A DNA stretch of 64,000 bases, from the IMG/VR virus record IMGVR_UViG_3300049783_001441, one strand, 5' to 3'. The stretch comes from a virus (taxonomy: Duplodnaviria > Heunggongvirae > Uroviricota > Caudoviricetes). A program made the position numbers and the translations under genes. Within the stretch, counting starts at the first letter, position 1; every line of letters starts with the position of its first letter. Of this stretch, positions 36,663 through 46,193 are shown one piece after another. The notes below the pieces were generated by a model. It was not told where the DNA came from. It made no database searches and saw only the letters and a list, made by a program, of their open reading frames with translations.

Positions 36663-36805
36663 GACCCCCTAGCCCGTGGCGACCTTTCGCCGGCCTTGCC
36701 CGAAAACGGGGCTTCCGGTGTCCGCTGTGGGTGCCCGTGGCCTCTCAACCGTCCGGGGGCTATGGAGAGAGCGCGCACACTGCGCAAACACCCCACGAGG
36801 TCTCC

Positions 36806-37181
36806 CATGGCTACCCACATTGACACCACCGGCTTTAATTCGGTCCTAGTCCCCCTCTCTGCACTCGCTCGCGGGCACGACGGCCCGGTCGGCGCTCGCT
36901 TCGCCATGATGACCGTACCCACCGGTGCGGTCTGCTTCGTGCAGTCACAGTTCTTCGTAAACGACGCAGCCGGCCTAGCGGTCGCTCAAGTCGTGGACGG
37001 GGTCACCGACATTTCCACGGGCACCGCTGCGGGTAACCCTGCCGTCACGGGCGTCATTACGCTGCGGATTACGCACCCCGACGAGGCGGTGTGCATCACC
37101 GACGACACCCGCTCGACAATCTTCACCCAGAGCGACGTGGATGTCAGCGTACAATGGTCGAAGTACGGGTTCAACTCGTAG
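36806..37181 (+). CDS. hypothetical protein (125 aa), first rightward gene
   Basis: ATG 36806 (MATHIDTTGF) with GAGG upstream; high-GC coding character resumes here. Confidence 0.45.
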
Positions 37182-37449
37182 AGTGAACGTGTTCACTAAC
37201 CGCAAGCACTTACGCCGGTAGGCGGGGAGTTACCCCCACTACCGGCGCGAGGGTCACTGTTCGGCCATTGTAGGCCCGTTGTTTGGCGGTTACTACGGCT
37301 GCGAGAGCCAGAAAACCAAGGCGCTAGCGTTGGTGGCCCGTGCGTTTGCCGGCCTATTTCGTGGTCCCTCCCCGGTATTGGTGGCGGGTTGCTTACTCTG
37401 GAGTTACCGGTTGGAGCGCGAATGCGCAGACACCACCCTGGAGCCCCAC

Positions 37450-39144
37450 ATGAGCGGAAGATCAATCGTTGACGACCTCGTCGCACTCGTAGCCGAGGCC
37501 GACCTGGCTGCGAACCTAGCGACAGCCCTGGCATCCACACAGGCGCAGCTCGCAGCGTGCCAAGCGGCGCTAACCGCGCTACAACTCCAGAGCGCAGCGG
37601 ACGCAGCCGCGTGCGCTGCCCGCATCACCGAATTGGAGCTTGAAGTGTATAACTTGCAACTTGCCCTTGATATGTCGACCGGCGGAGGCGGAACGTCCAC
37701 CGGCGGTGTCACTGCCGCCGCTTTGGTCGCCGTGAGTGCCAGTCAGTTCACGCTGAACTCGGACGTTAACGGCCTCGTTCAGAGTCCCCCCGCCGACGTG
37801 GTAGGTGGCGTCCAGTTCGACACCTCGAAGACTGGTAACCCGAATTACCCACCAGGGACGAACGCGGCGTACTACAACTACCCGCTCCCCGCCGCAATGC
37901 CAGCAGCCGCAGACGGTGAGTTTCTGGTGCTCGTGACCACGACGGTAGTGTTCAACACCTCCCCGAACCTGATGAACCGTGAAACCATCCTGGGCTGGGG
38001 TACGGACACTACCGAGATTCAAGGAATCAAGCTGTTCTCCGTAGGCTCGGACGCCTACACGTACTACGTCAACGGTAACGACTCGCACGGCATCGCCGCG
38101 AGCGGTGGCCCGGACGTGTTCGGCAAGACTGAAATGCACATGGGCCAGGATGTTGACGGCATGAACGCGTCCATCCGCGAGTGGGTCTACCCCACCTCGG
38201 TCTACGGTTACAACCGCACGAGCAAAGACATTCAAGTCTCGACAACGCAGCAGTTCGACGACGTTCTAGTGGACGGGCAGACCTCGAAGCGCCCTAGCTT
38301 CTTTATCGGCTGTAGCACTGACGGCGTGGCGGGTACTGTCTACCCCATGAATGTCCCCGCGTTCACGATGGAGCAGTCGGTTACCCCGGTTGACCCAGAC
38401 GACGGCACCGTGATCACTGCCGCCATGATCACAATCGCACACGACCCCTTCGGACGCATTAGCGCCGTTGCGGACTCCGGTACAGACCAGCTCCGCATTA
38501 CCCAGACCGGAGTCGCTGCGGGCGCATCGACTACCGCCGCAAACACCCCTCGACTGGTGATTACACGCCCTGCCGGGTTCGTTGACGACGGCACATACGA
38601 GCACTTCATCGTCATTGACAAACTGGAAATGGCAGGCGGGCTAGAAGCGAGCACTCGAACAGAACCGGGTTGCATGGGAATCGGCATCGCCGACGGTGCC
38701 GGCCTCTCCGACACCTCCATGACCAATGCCTACGTCGCTTGGAACCAAGTGTCGTTCTCCGGCGGGGCAACGGCCCACAACCAAGCCGCCTCGACTGCTT
38801 ACGACGGAAGCGGCACGCAAGACACCACCGCCGGCGGCGTGGGGTTCGGCGATGCGGACGGTGGTTACCTTGTTCACTTGGAAGCCCACGGTAAGTGGTC
38901 GCCGGGTGTTGGCGAGTCAGGCGACGTAGGCCAGTGTGAGCTGATCCAGTACCAGGGTAACGGCGGCGTCCGCATTGCGCAGGGTATCAGCACTCCAAAG
39001 GACCGTGGCGGCGCAGCTTGCCCGGTTACCTCCACCTTGGAAGCATTCCTGTCCCCCGGAACGGAAGTGACCGCCGGCGAGTACGTGTTCCGTGCCCGTT
39101 GGGTTAGCTACAAGGTCCGCAACGTCGAGCACATCACGACCTAG
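37450..39144 (+). CDS. fibre-like protein with N-terminal coiled coil
   Basis: start MSGRSIVDD at 37450 (GGAG 7 nt upstream); Ala/Leu heptad region LAANLATALASTQAQLAACQAALTALQLQ...ELELEVYNLQLALD followed by a GGGGTSTGG linker and a large beta-type domain. Confidence 0.55.
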   Translation: MSGRSIVDDLVALVAEADLAANLATALASTQAQLAACQAALTALQLQSAADAAACAARITELELEVYNLQLALDMSTGGGGTSTGGVTAAALVAVSASQFTLNSDVNGLVQSPPADVVGGVQFDTSKTGNPNYPPGTNAAYYNYPLPAAMPAAADGEFLVLVTTTVVFNTSPNLMNRETILGWGTDTTEIQGIKLFSVGSDAYTYYVNGNDSHGIAASGGPDVFGKTEMHMGQDVDGMNASIREWVYPTSVYGYNRTSKDIQVSTTQQFDDVLVDGQTSKRPSFFIGCSTDGVAGTVYPMNVPAFTMEQSVTPVDPDDGTVITAAMITIAHDPFGRISAVADSGTDQLRITQTGVAAGASTTAANTPRLVITRPAGFVDDGTYEHFIVIDKLEMAGGLEASTRTEPGCMGIGIADGAGLSDTSMTNAYVAWNQVSFSGGATAHNQAASTAYDGSGTQDTTAGGVGFGDADGGYLVHLEAHGKWSPGVGESGDVGQCELIQYQGNGGVRIAQGISTPKDRGGAACPVTSTLEAFLSPGTEVTAGEYVFRARWVSYKVRNVEHITT

Positions 39145-39183
39145 CAGGCTTGCGGCTAGGCGGCGGGCGAGGTAAGTGCGGCA

Positions 39184-39570
39184 ATGCCGACGATTACACT
39201 CATGCTCGCCGCCCTAGCTGCCGTAGCTGCCGCGAATCCAGACTATACGCCCGCAGAGGTCACCTTCCCGGTTACTCTGCGGGCTACTGTCGTTGGCGAG
39301 CCGGCGCAGCCGGCGAAGACTCCCGAGCTGCCCGAGCTGCCGGGGCCTAGCGAGGCACCGAGCGGCTTACCAGCGCGGCGGCACGAGCCGGTAAACGCCC
39401 CCGTAGCGCAGCCGGGAGACCACCCTACTGCCGGGTGGCTGCTCGTAGACTCGGACGGAGACGGTCGCAGCGACGTGGCATTGCGGTGCTGGTACGTCGA
39501 GGCTTTTGGGGCTGGCCGGCAGGTGTGGGCCGGGTGCGAGCCCGACGAACCTGGCACTCCGCCCGAATAA
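39184..39570 (+). CDS. small secreted protein
   Basis: signal peptide MPTITLMLAALAAVAAA. Confidence 0.45.
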   Translation: MPTITLMLAALAAVAAANPDYTPAEVTFPVTLRATVVGEPAQPAKTPELPELPGPSEAPSGLPARRHEPVNAPVAQPGDHPTAGWLLVDSDGDGRSDVALRCWYVEAFGAGRQVWAGCEPDEPGTPPE

Positions 39571-39723
39571 GGCTTGCGCACCACCTACGCCGCGTTACAG
39601 CAGTCGGGATTGGTGACTAACCTTGCAGGACCGTATCAACAGGTAAAAAGCAAGGCCGGCTAGCTCCGGGTGATTGCGTGGAAGAGCGCAAACGAACAGT
39701 AGGCGGCGAGTCGAGCAGGGTAA

Positions 39724-39769
39724 GCGCACCCGGCTAGGCTCGCCGCTGTTTCGTTGCGCACCCGGCTAG
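39724..39769. repeat. 14-bp direct repeat GCGCACCCGGCTAG (39724-39737 and 39756-39769)
   Basis: exact copies 32 bp apart in the intergenic region upstream of 39861; flanked by a possible hairpin GGCGGCGAG...CTCGCCGC plus TGTTTCGTT. Confidence 0.4.
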
Positions 39770-39860
39770 CCCGCAGTAACCAAAGCGTGGCCACGCTTAA
39801 CGTCGACCCGTTACTCCCTTGACTAGCCTACGCGTGCTATGCTAACGGGCGGAGGTTTAC

Positions 39861-40664
39861 ATGGTTGCAGTCCCAGTCAGCGAAGAGCAATGGAAAGCGG
39901 GTATAGCCAAGGTGCAAGCCCGCGACTGGCTCCACGTCTTCCACGGCACGCGGTTGTCCGTGGCCCCGCAACTGCTGAACGGATTCGACGCGAACCGGAT
40001 TAAGAAGCGGCACTACAACGGCCCACGCCACGCGGGTCTGTTCGTGTCGGCGAACCTAGAACTAGCCCGTAGCTTCTCGGACTACGGGCTGTTCGTGCTG
40101 GCGCTACGGGTCCAGGCTAAGCACCTGCACGGCACCGACTATTCGGGTAACATCGACACCCCGGCAGAGGGCCGCGAATGGCGTTTCAAGTACCCGGACA
40201 GCTTCCGGCCAGGGTTGTCCTACTCGATGCTCCGGGACCACGAACCGCAAGGGTTACTCCGCGGCCTAGTCCGACCGAGGCAGATTACCGGGGTGTGGTA
40301 CTCGACCTCCAGCGCGCCCGATGCCGGGCGCTGGTACACCCGCAAAGAGTTCCTGAAGCTCAACCTCACCGTCGCACCTGAAGGCCAGTACGGGTCGAAG
40401 TACAAGATTCGCGAGCTAGGTTACGACCTGTCGAATCCGGGTTACTCGTTGCCGGAGTTCATGGCCGCATTCGCCTCCGCTATCGAAGTGGAACCGGCGG
40501 AGGTAACCCCGGTCGTCCAGCGTCACTGGGCCATGGCCGGGCGGTTCGGAGGCGAAGACTGGATCGAGGAGCAGCTAGACTCTGCCGGGTTCGGGCCGAC
40601 CGCGACCAAGGCGTTCATTGCAGCGTTGCGCCGGTCTCTAGGTCCAGCCGGGCAGGGCGCGTAG
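39861..40664 (+). CDS. hypothetical protein (267 aa)
   Basis: GGAGG RBS; no confident motif. Confidence 0.45.
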   Translation: MVAVPVSEEQWKAGIAKVQARDWLHVFHGTRLSVAPQLLNGFDANRIKKRHYNGPRHAGLFVSANLELARSFSDYGLFVLALRVQAKHLHGTDYSGNIDTPAEGREWRFKYPDSFRPGLSYSMLRDHEPQGLLRGLVRPRQITGVWYSTSSAPDAGRWYTRKEFLKLNLTVAPEGQYGSKYKIRELGYDLSNPGYSLPEFMAAFASAIEVEPAEVTPVVQRHWAMAGRFGGEDWIEEQLDSAGFGPTATKAFIAALRRSLGPAGQGA

Positions 40665-40667
40665 CCC

Positions 40668-40967
40668 ATGACCATGCACGACGCCGACACCCCACCCCCT
40701 GAAGCCCTGGCCGCCGTTCGCGACTGGCTCGTTGCCTCCGGTCGCGAGGGTCACGCCGCCGCCCTAGACTCCGCGTGGGAGCGGGCAACGGGTGTGGGGC
40801 CGGTGCCGCCAGAGGACTTGGACCCGGAGCAAACGGCCATCTTGAAGCTAAGGTTACTCGCCAGAGCAGCCACCATTAACGTGCTGCTCGGTTCCGTCCG
40901 AGCCATCGCTATTGCCGCTGTGGTGGGCTTTATCTGGCTGATCGTGCGCAGCTTGACGCGCAGGTAA
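40668..40967 (+). CDS. small protein with C-terminal TM helix
   Basis: AIAIAAVVGFIWLIV. Confidence 0.4.
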   Translation: MTMHDADTPPPEALAAVRDWLVASGREGHAAALDSAWERATGVGPVPPEDLDPEQTAILKLRLLARAATINVLLGSVRAIAIAAVVGFIWLIVRSLTRR

Positions 40968-41028
40968 CCCGGTGGCACGGGTCAGTGGCGCGGGGTAGAG
41001 TAGGGGGCACCTACACACTGGAGCCTCC

Positions 41029-41721
41029 ATGCCGCCCAAACGCCCCGCCCGCAAGGTCATAGTCAAACCCGAACCCAAGCTCCGGCTGCACAAAGGCCGC
41101 CGATACGCGTTGCATTACTTGGCGAACGAAGCCTTGGTGTTCCCAGCGATGGACCGCCAACTGACCACCCTCTACAAGCCGGCGGCGGCGCTTGCCGAGA
41201 AGCTGATCAAGGCGCAGTATCCGCCCGCAGATATGAAGGTGCTGGCGCGACACGGCACCGCCGCGCCTAAAGCCGGTTGGCACTTCCTGCGCGTGCGAGA
41301 CGGGGTAACTCGGTACGCTGAAAGTATGCTCTTCGTGCTCCCGTGGGACGACAACCGCCTAGCGCCGCTGCTGCACAACCACCCGTCCGGCGACCGGGCG
41401 AAGGGGCACGGGATGCGGGTTGGCACCCCCATCGTTCGAGTCGACGCGGCTAAGGTGTCCGACGCTCGCTTCGCACCTATCGTGCAGTACGACGACATGA
41501 AGGACGCGCTGCAAAGCCGTAAGGGTACCACCCAGCGAGCGCTAACCACCGTGATCAATGGAGCCCGCACCCTCGAAGACGTGGCCGCGCTCTGGCCTGA
41601 CGCGTTGCGGTACCGCGCGGAGCTTCAGGGTGTCAGTCCGAGACTCGGCACAGGCCGGTGGAGCGGCGGTATGCCCACTCCCATAGCCGGTCTGGACATG
41701 GACGACGTGGTGCTCGGGTAG
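41029..41721 (+). CDS. hypothetical protein
   Basis: 230 aa. Confidence 0.45.
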   Translation: MPPKRPARKVIVKPEPKLRLHKGRRYALHYLANEALVFPAMDRQLTTLYKPAAALAEKLIKAQYPPADMKVLARHGTAAPKAGWHFLRVRDGVTRYAESMLFVLPWDDNRLAPLLHNHPSGDRAKGHGMRVGTPIVRVDAAKVSDARFAPIVQYDDMKDALQSRKGTTQRALTTVINGARTLEDVAALWPDALRYRAELQGVSPRLGTGRWSGGMPTPIAGLDMDDVVLG

Positions 41722-41747
41722 TCCAGTGGCACGGGTCGCTAGACGCG

Positions 41748-42104
41748 CTAGACGCGCACGCGGGTCAGGAATGTCCGCGTGAAGCGTATCGGGTCGTCAA
41801 GGTTTTCGCGGACATACTCGGAGATCCGGGCCACGCCACCGACGCCTACCGTCACGGTAACGAGCGTGTTGACCAACCCACCCGGCTCCATGAGCTTCGG
41901 GGTTCGTAGGTTCAGCGGGTACCCTAGAGTGGACGCTAAACGGAGCGGGCGCATGCGCAGCAACCCGGAGAAGCTCGCCTCGCGGTTAGTCTCACGGGAC
42001 AAGGCGTAGGCGTCGTCCAAGTCTGCCATGAGCGAGTCCGGCAGCGATACGATGTACGAGGTGCCGTCTAGCGCGAGAATGCGGGTAACGAAAGTCTGGG
42101 GCAT
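41748..42104 (-). CDS. hypothetical protein
   Basis: 118 aa; part of a short minus-strand block embedded in the rightward arm. Confidence 0.4.
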   Translation of the reverse strand: MPQTFVTRILALDGTSYIVSLPDSLMADLDDAYALSRETNREASFSGLLRMRPLRLASTLGYPLNLRTPKLMEPGGLVNTLVTVTVGVGGVARISEYVRENLDDPIRFTRTFLTRVRV

Positions 42105-42148
42105 GGAGGCTCCTTACCGGTTGAGCCTCCAGTGTAACCCGGCGCGGC

Positions 42149-42691
42149 TTACCCGGTGAGTTTGCCGGCTACGCTCAAGGTCATCTTGTCCCATATGGCG
42201 TCGCGGCCCTCTGCCGCTCGTACGTGCTTGCGGAAGCACCGCACGGCCATGCCAGCGCAGGACCGAGCATCGTCGTCGCTCCGCCGCTCATTGAACGCTG
42301 CGGCCCAGATCATCTTTTCGCCGTCTGTGAGTTCGTCCGGGTGCGGCTTCGGTTTGGCGGCGGTGGCAAGCGGCGCAAGGGGTGCGGCAACAACGGCAAA
42401 GCCCGCGGCGGTAACCACCTGCACCGCGGCGGCGAGGGTTCCAGCCTCGGGCGTGGTCGCTTCCAAGGCTGCCACCCCCGCAGCCAGCGACTCCACGTGC
42501 CGCACTTGCCCGACGTAAACCCAGCCGGCCCACCACAAGCGCGCCTCGCCGGAGTCTCGCAGGTAGGGGTTCAAGTGGACCATCGGCGGGACACAGAGCG
42601 CGGGTTCGGTCATCTGGGTGAGGTAGCTTAGGTGGCCCCTGCGGCCAGCGTCGAACGCGACTTGCCATTGGTTGTCTTCGTGGGTTGTCAT
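42149..42691 (-). CDS. hypothetical protein
   Basis: 180 aa. Confidence 0.4.
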   Translation of the reverse strand: MTTHEDNQWQVAFDAGRRGHLSYLTQMTEPALCVPPMVHLNPYLRDSGEARLWWAGWVYVGQVRHVESLAAGVAALEATTPEAGTLAAAVQVVTAAGFAVVAAPLAPLATAAKPKPHPDELTDGEKMIWAAAFNERRSDDDARSCAGMAVRCFRKHVRAAEGRDAIWDKMTLSVAGKLTG

Positions 42692-43371
42692 TACGGGGTC
42701 TCCAGGTTGCGCAGTGCATAGTCGAGCACTACGGGGCGGGTGTGGGTGGGTAGTAAGTCCGAGGGGTGCGCGGGCGTGCCGCGCCAGGGCTGCTTACGGG
42801 CTTCGGGGCGAGTAACCGGGCGCGGTGTTGGCGACGTTACCGGTGCAGTGCGAGCGTGCGGGGCCGGGCGGTGTAGCGGCTTAGCCGCCGGGTTTCGCGG
42901 TGTGCCGGCGGCGTCCGCGTAGGCGTTTGGTGGTATCCGAGTGAGGGGTTTCGGGGCCGGGGGTGTGGGGTGCATGAAGCTGTGGTGTAACAGCGCGCAG
43001 TCGGCGTAGGCGGAGACGGTCTTGTGCTCCACCAAACCCCCGTATAGCCGCTGGTATCGCACGGCTTTGTGACTACGGCGCAAGGTTTCCAGGGCACGGT
43101 CCACGTCCGCCATCTGCATGAACTGGGAGCCTGCTACGAGTTCGCGCAACCGGGCCTCGCGGGCACCCCCCCGTTTCAGGAAGCCCCGGAGGGCAGCTTT
43201 AGCGCGCTCGTGAGCTTCAGGGTCGAGGGTGGTCGCGGGCTCGGACTTCCAGTCGGGGGCGTCAGGGTAGGTAGCCCGCCGGTTACGCTCAAGCCACGCG
43301 CGGTTCTCCGTGTCGGCAGCGTCTTGACCCCAGATCGCTACCCATGGGGCGTAGTCGGGGTGGCGGTTCAT
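42691..43371 (-). CDS. hypothetical protein (Pro/Thr-rich C-terminus)
   Basis: start MNRHPDYAPW at 43371 (ATGA with the upstream gene); the track ORF extends to 43452. Confidence 0.4.
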   Translation of the reverse strand: MNRHPDYAPWVAIWGQDAADTENRAWLERNRRATYPDAPDWKSEPATTLDPEAHERAKAALRGFLKRGGAREARLRELVAGSQFMQMADVDRALETLRRSHKAVRYQRLYGGLVEHKTVSAYADCALLHHSFMHPTPPAPKPLTRIPPNAYADAAGTPRNPAAKPLHRPAPHARTAPVTSPTPRPVTRPEARKQPWRGTPAHPSDLLPTHTRPVVLDYALRNLETP

Positions 43372-43625
43372 TTCGCCACCTGCGCAGTGCGCCCTTCCGG
43401 GTCCGCGTACACGCTGACGGAGTGCCAAATCGAACGCGGGAAGAAGATGCACTTCACACCCTCCACGCGGTCGTGCTTGGTCTTAGGTGCGCTGCCGGTG
43501 GCCCGCTTCAGGAACTTCCTGGCGGCGTCCAGGCTGCCCAGATCGGACGCGGAGCCTTCGTAGTGTTCGACGGTGGGGCCGTTCGGGTTGCTGACGCGGT
43601 GAATGTAGGAGATTGCAATGCGCAT
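43368..43625 (-). CDS. small hypothetical protein
   Basis: 85 aa. Confidence 0.35.
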   Translation of the reverse strand: MRIAISYIHRVSNPNGPTVEHYEGSASDLGSLDAARKFLKRATGSAPKTKHDRVEGVKCIFFPRSIWHSVSVYADPEGRTAQVAK

Positions 43626-43673
43626 GGTGGTGTCCGTTGGTGTGGGGTGGTGTGGTGTGGTGGGGGCCTAGGA

Positions 43674-44171
43674 CTAGCCGTTGAACCCGATTGCTTCGCG
43701 GGCTTTCACGGCGTCTGGCCCTTCGGTGAGAACACTAGTAAAGCGATAGCCCTTAAGGTATCCGGCCTCGCGTAGCGCGTCCTTATTGTCGAGCCACCAG
43801 ACGCCGCCGATTGCGCGGGTGTGAGGGGCGCCCACATTGATCCGCCCGTTGCGAACCGCGCCCTCTTTGCCGTACCGCTCGATCTCAAGGTCGATGGCGA
43901 TTGAGCCCGCGCCGGTTTCACCCGGTGCGTTCGCGGTGATGACGACGCGGCGGGTGTAAAGGCGATGCCAGTACGGGGTGCCAGCGGCCTTGCGGGTGTT
44001 GACCTTGCCGTAGAACACCCAGTTTTCTACTTGGATGTCTAGCACCATGCAGCCGAGCGCTTCCAAGCGCTCAACGATGTTGACCGCGCGCTGGCTGTGC
44101 TCCGCTGCGATCTCGTTATCGTCTTGCCATTCACACTCGAATGGGGCAGCCGGTGGGGGCGTAGTGGGCAT
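43674..44171 (-). CDS. hypothetical protein
   Basis: ATG at 44171 (MPTTPPP) with GAGG upstream; the track ORF extends to 44246. Confidence 0.4.
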   Translation of the reverse strand: MPTTPPPAAPFECEWQDDNEIAAEHSQRAVNIVERLEALGCMVLDIQVENWVFYGKVNTRKAAGTPYWHRLYTRRVVITANAPGETGAGSIAIDLEIERYGKEGAVRNGRINVGAPHTRAIGGVWWLDNKDALREAGYLKGYRFTSVLTEGPDAVKAREAIGFNG

Positions 44172-44288
44172 GGAGCCTCGGTGGTGGGGTGTGAGACGAA
44201 CCTCACACCCCACCCCTACACCGACTACCCTGAAGCTGGCAACCAAATACTTTGTATTTCGTGATTGCCGGCGTGTTAAGGTACCCTG

Positions 44289-44627
44289 GTGCCTGGAGGT
44301 TCGATGGTTTACGCCAACTTTGTGACACTGCCCGACATTGTAGCGCTGGAGCCTATGGCGGCTCGCTTAGGCGTCAGCGTGGTTGCCCGCCGGTCCACCG
44401 GCTTTCTAGGTGCTTACAAGCGGGCTGGCGGCAACCCCGCCAAGCTGCCGGAGGCGTGGGCGGTGAAGCGTAGAAACTTCATCCGGCGGCATGTGGCCGG
44501 AGCACGGGCGAACAACGAACCGTGGTTCCGAGACGGGGAGCCCACGCGCCGCCACCTAGCGCTGATCATGTGGGCGTACACGCCGACTCCCAGGCGGCTT
44601 GCCGCCGGGCAAAACCCTAGTTACTAA
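44289..44627 (+). CDS. hypothetical protein
   Basis: 112 aa. Confidence 0.4.
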   Translation: MPGGSMVYANFVTLPDIVALEPMAARLGVSVVARRSTGFLGAYKRAGGNPAKLPEAWAVKRRNFIRRHVAGARANNEPWFRDGEPTRRHLALIMWAYTPTPRRLAAGQNPSY

Positions 44628-44668
44628 GCCAGTGCGCAGGCACCTACGCCGCGCAATAGGAGTTACTA

Positions 44669-45055
44669 ATGAGTGCTTGTCTAGTCACACGGGTTGAGGA
44701 CATCAACGGCTACGATTTTCTGGTGGAGATTCACCCTTGGGCCAAGCGCCAGATGCGCTTCGCACTGTTCAACGCGAAGCGCATGGGCCAGCCAGGGCGG
44801 GACATTCAGATCACAGGCCGTGTTGTGTCGACATACCGCGTGGACGTGGAGCACGACGGGCGGGCTTCCGCCATTCCGCTAGGGCAGTTGATGGTCCTCG
44901 ACGAGTCTTGGTACACCCCAGAGGACCAGGGGCTAGAGCTTGAGGTAACGGTGTACCGTAACGGGGGCTCCCGCCTTTCCGGCACCGGTTACACGGCGTC
45001 CGGTGGGCGTTTTGCATTCGACTTCTCGCCGTTCGTGCGGGTTTCGAGCGAGTAA
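44669..45055 (+). CDS. hypothetical protein, tandem paralogue 1
   Basis: shares (V/L)VTRV.D...D.Y(L/I)VE(I/V)...A.RQ.R.A... and a C-terminal ..GTGYT(A/P)(S/N)G..(A/G)F...PFVRV with 45110-45514. Confidence 0.45.
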   Translation: MSACLVTRVEDINGYDFLVEIHPWAKRQMRFALFNAKRMGQPGRDIQITGRVVSTYRVDVEHDGRASAIPLGQLMVLDESWYTPEDQGLELEVTVYRNGGSRLSGTGYTASGGRFAFDFSPFVRVSSE

Positions 45056-45109
45056 GCGGCCAGCCGCCTAGCGGGTTACCAAGAGGCACGCAAGGCGCTT
45101 CCGCCGCGA

Positions 45110-45514
45110 ATGGAGTTTCACATGGGTAAAGTGCTAGTCACGCGAGTAATGGACAGCTTCGATGACGACTACATCGTAGAGGTCAGTAAGAACGCCCGCC
45201 GCCAGATTCGGGCTGCGCGGGAACATGCTGCGGGTGGGGAGAGCGTGGAGGTCGGCATTAGTGCGCGGCTTCTGCGGGTTTACGACATCGGACGGTACAC
45301 AGACGAGGCGTCCAGAATCCCCGTGGGTTGGTTAGCCAAGAAGCCCGGTAAGTGGTTTTCGCCAGCCGCAGAGGCGCAACTGCTCGTTATCGAGGTCTCC
45401 GAGGACGGGGGCACCACGATCACGGGCACCGGCAACACCCCGAACGGCGCCCTATGGGGTTTCTACGGCGAGCCGTTTGTGCGGGTGGGTGCCCAACGCC
45501 TGCGCGTTATCTAG
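45110..45514 (+). CDS. hypothetical protein, tandem paralogue 2
   Basis: see 44669-45055. Confidence 0.45.
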   Translation: MEFHMGKVLVTRVMDSFDDDYIVEVSKNARRQIRAAREHAAGGESVEVGISARLLRVYDIGRYTDEASRIPVGWLAKKPGKWFSPAAEAQLLVIEVSEDGGTTITGTGNTPNGALWGFYGEPFVRVGAQRLRVI

Positions 45515-45652
45515 GCGAGGGCGTAAGCATGAGAGCGAGTAAGCACTCCCGCGTAACCACCGAATAGTCGGCTACGTTCGCCCGCCCGCGTGTAGTCGGT
45601 TATTCGGGGGCCGTGCTGGCAACCGCCAGCCGTAACACGACGGAGCGATAAC

Positions 45653-46141
45653 ATGCAAGAGCTAGTACCCACATGGGCGCAGGAAATCCGCTGGGGTAAG
45701 ATCTTCGACGAAGAGACGCTAACCGACGCGCTCGCCGAGCTGGTAGACGACGGCTACAAGCCAGACGACGCGGTCGCGCTCCTCCTCCGCGAAGTAGCCG
45801 AGAACGCCACGGAGGAGGTGGCCACCCAACTGGCTAAGCTGCTCAATCAGATCCACACGCCGGGGCCAGCGGGCACAGTGTTGCGCCTCGTCGGTACACC
45901 GCTCATCCTCGCCTTGGAGGAGTGGGCAGTTAACGCGATTCGCGGCCTCAAGCCGAGCCCCGAACGCCGACTCAAGCGAATCCGTAAGCGCGCCGACCGG
46001 GCCGCTGGTTACGCCCCAGCAGAGGCCGCCGCAATCCGCTTCTTCGCGGAGGTTCACCAGGGCGATATGGTAGCTTTGGGGCACCTTGCCGTGCTCTCCA
46101 GCTTCAGCCGCAACGAGAAAAAGGCCGCGCGAAACGCGTAA
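45653..46141 (+). CDS. hypothetical protein
   Basis: 162 aa; stop embedded in the CGCGTAAC repeat cluster. Confidence 0.45.
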   Translation: MQELVPTWAQEIRWGKIFDEETLTDALAELVDDGYKPDDAVALLLREVAENATEEVATQLAKLLNQIHTPGPAGTVLRLVGTPLILALEEWAVNAIRGLKPSPERRLKRIRKRADRAAGYAPAEAAAIRFFAEVHQGDMVALGHLAVLSSFSRNEKKAARNA

Positions 46142-46161
46142 CGCGTAACGCACCGCGTAAC
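46135..46161. repeat. three CGCGTAAC 8-mers in 27 bp (46135-46142, 46142-46149, 46154-46161)
   Basis: read directly; related GCGTAAC/GCGTAAGC motifs at 45520-45556 and the palindrome at 52835-52848. Confidence 0.45.
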
Positions 46162-46193
46162 CCTTGAAACCAAACCCGAAACTTGGAGGTCTC

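Larger units (their letters stand above)
35661..36805. promoter_or_regulatory. divergent control region, possibly switch or origin: lower-GC non-coding DNA with several families of repeated motifs
   Basis: GC drops visibly; see the individual repeats listed separately; it separates the leftward operon (start 35567) from the rightward genes (from 36806). Confidence 0.5.

Noticed and set aside
35661-37278. Track ORFs 35661-35978, 36063-36269, 36350-36823 in the control region
   Set aside because: The region is low-GC and repeat-dense with a non-coding character. The ORFs are low-complexity or basic without RBS. Only 36806-37181 looks like a real gene
39861-40664. Possible ADP-ribosyltransferase (H-G-T-R ... 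Y-S-T-S-S)
   Set aside because: No convincing catalytic Q/E-x-E motif and the spacing is atypical; left as hypothetical
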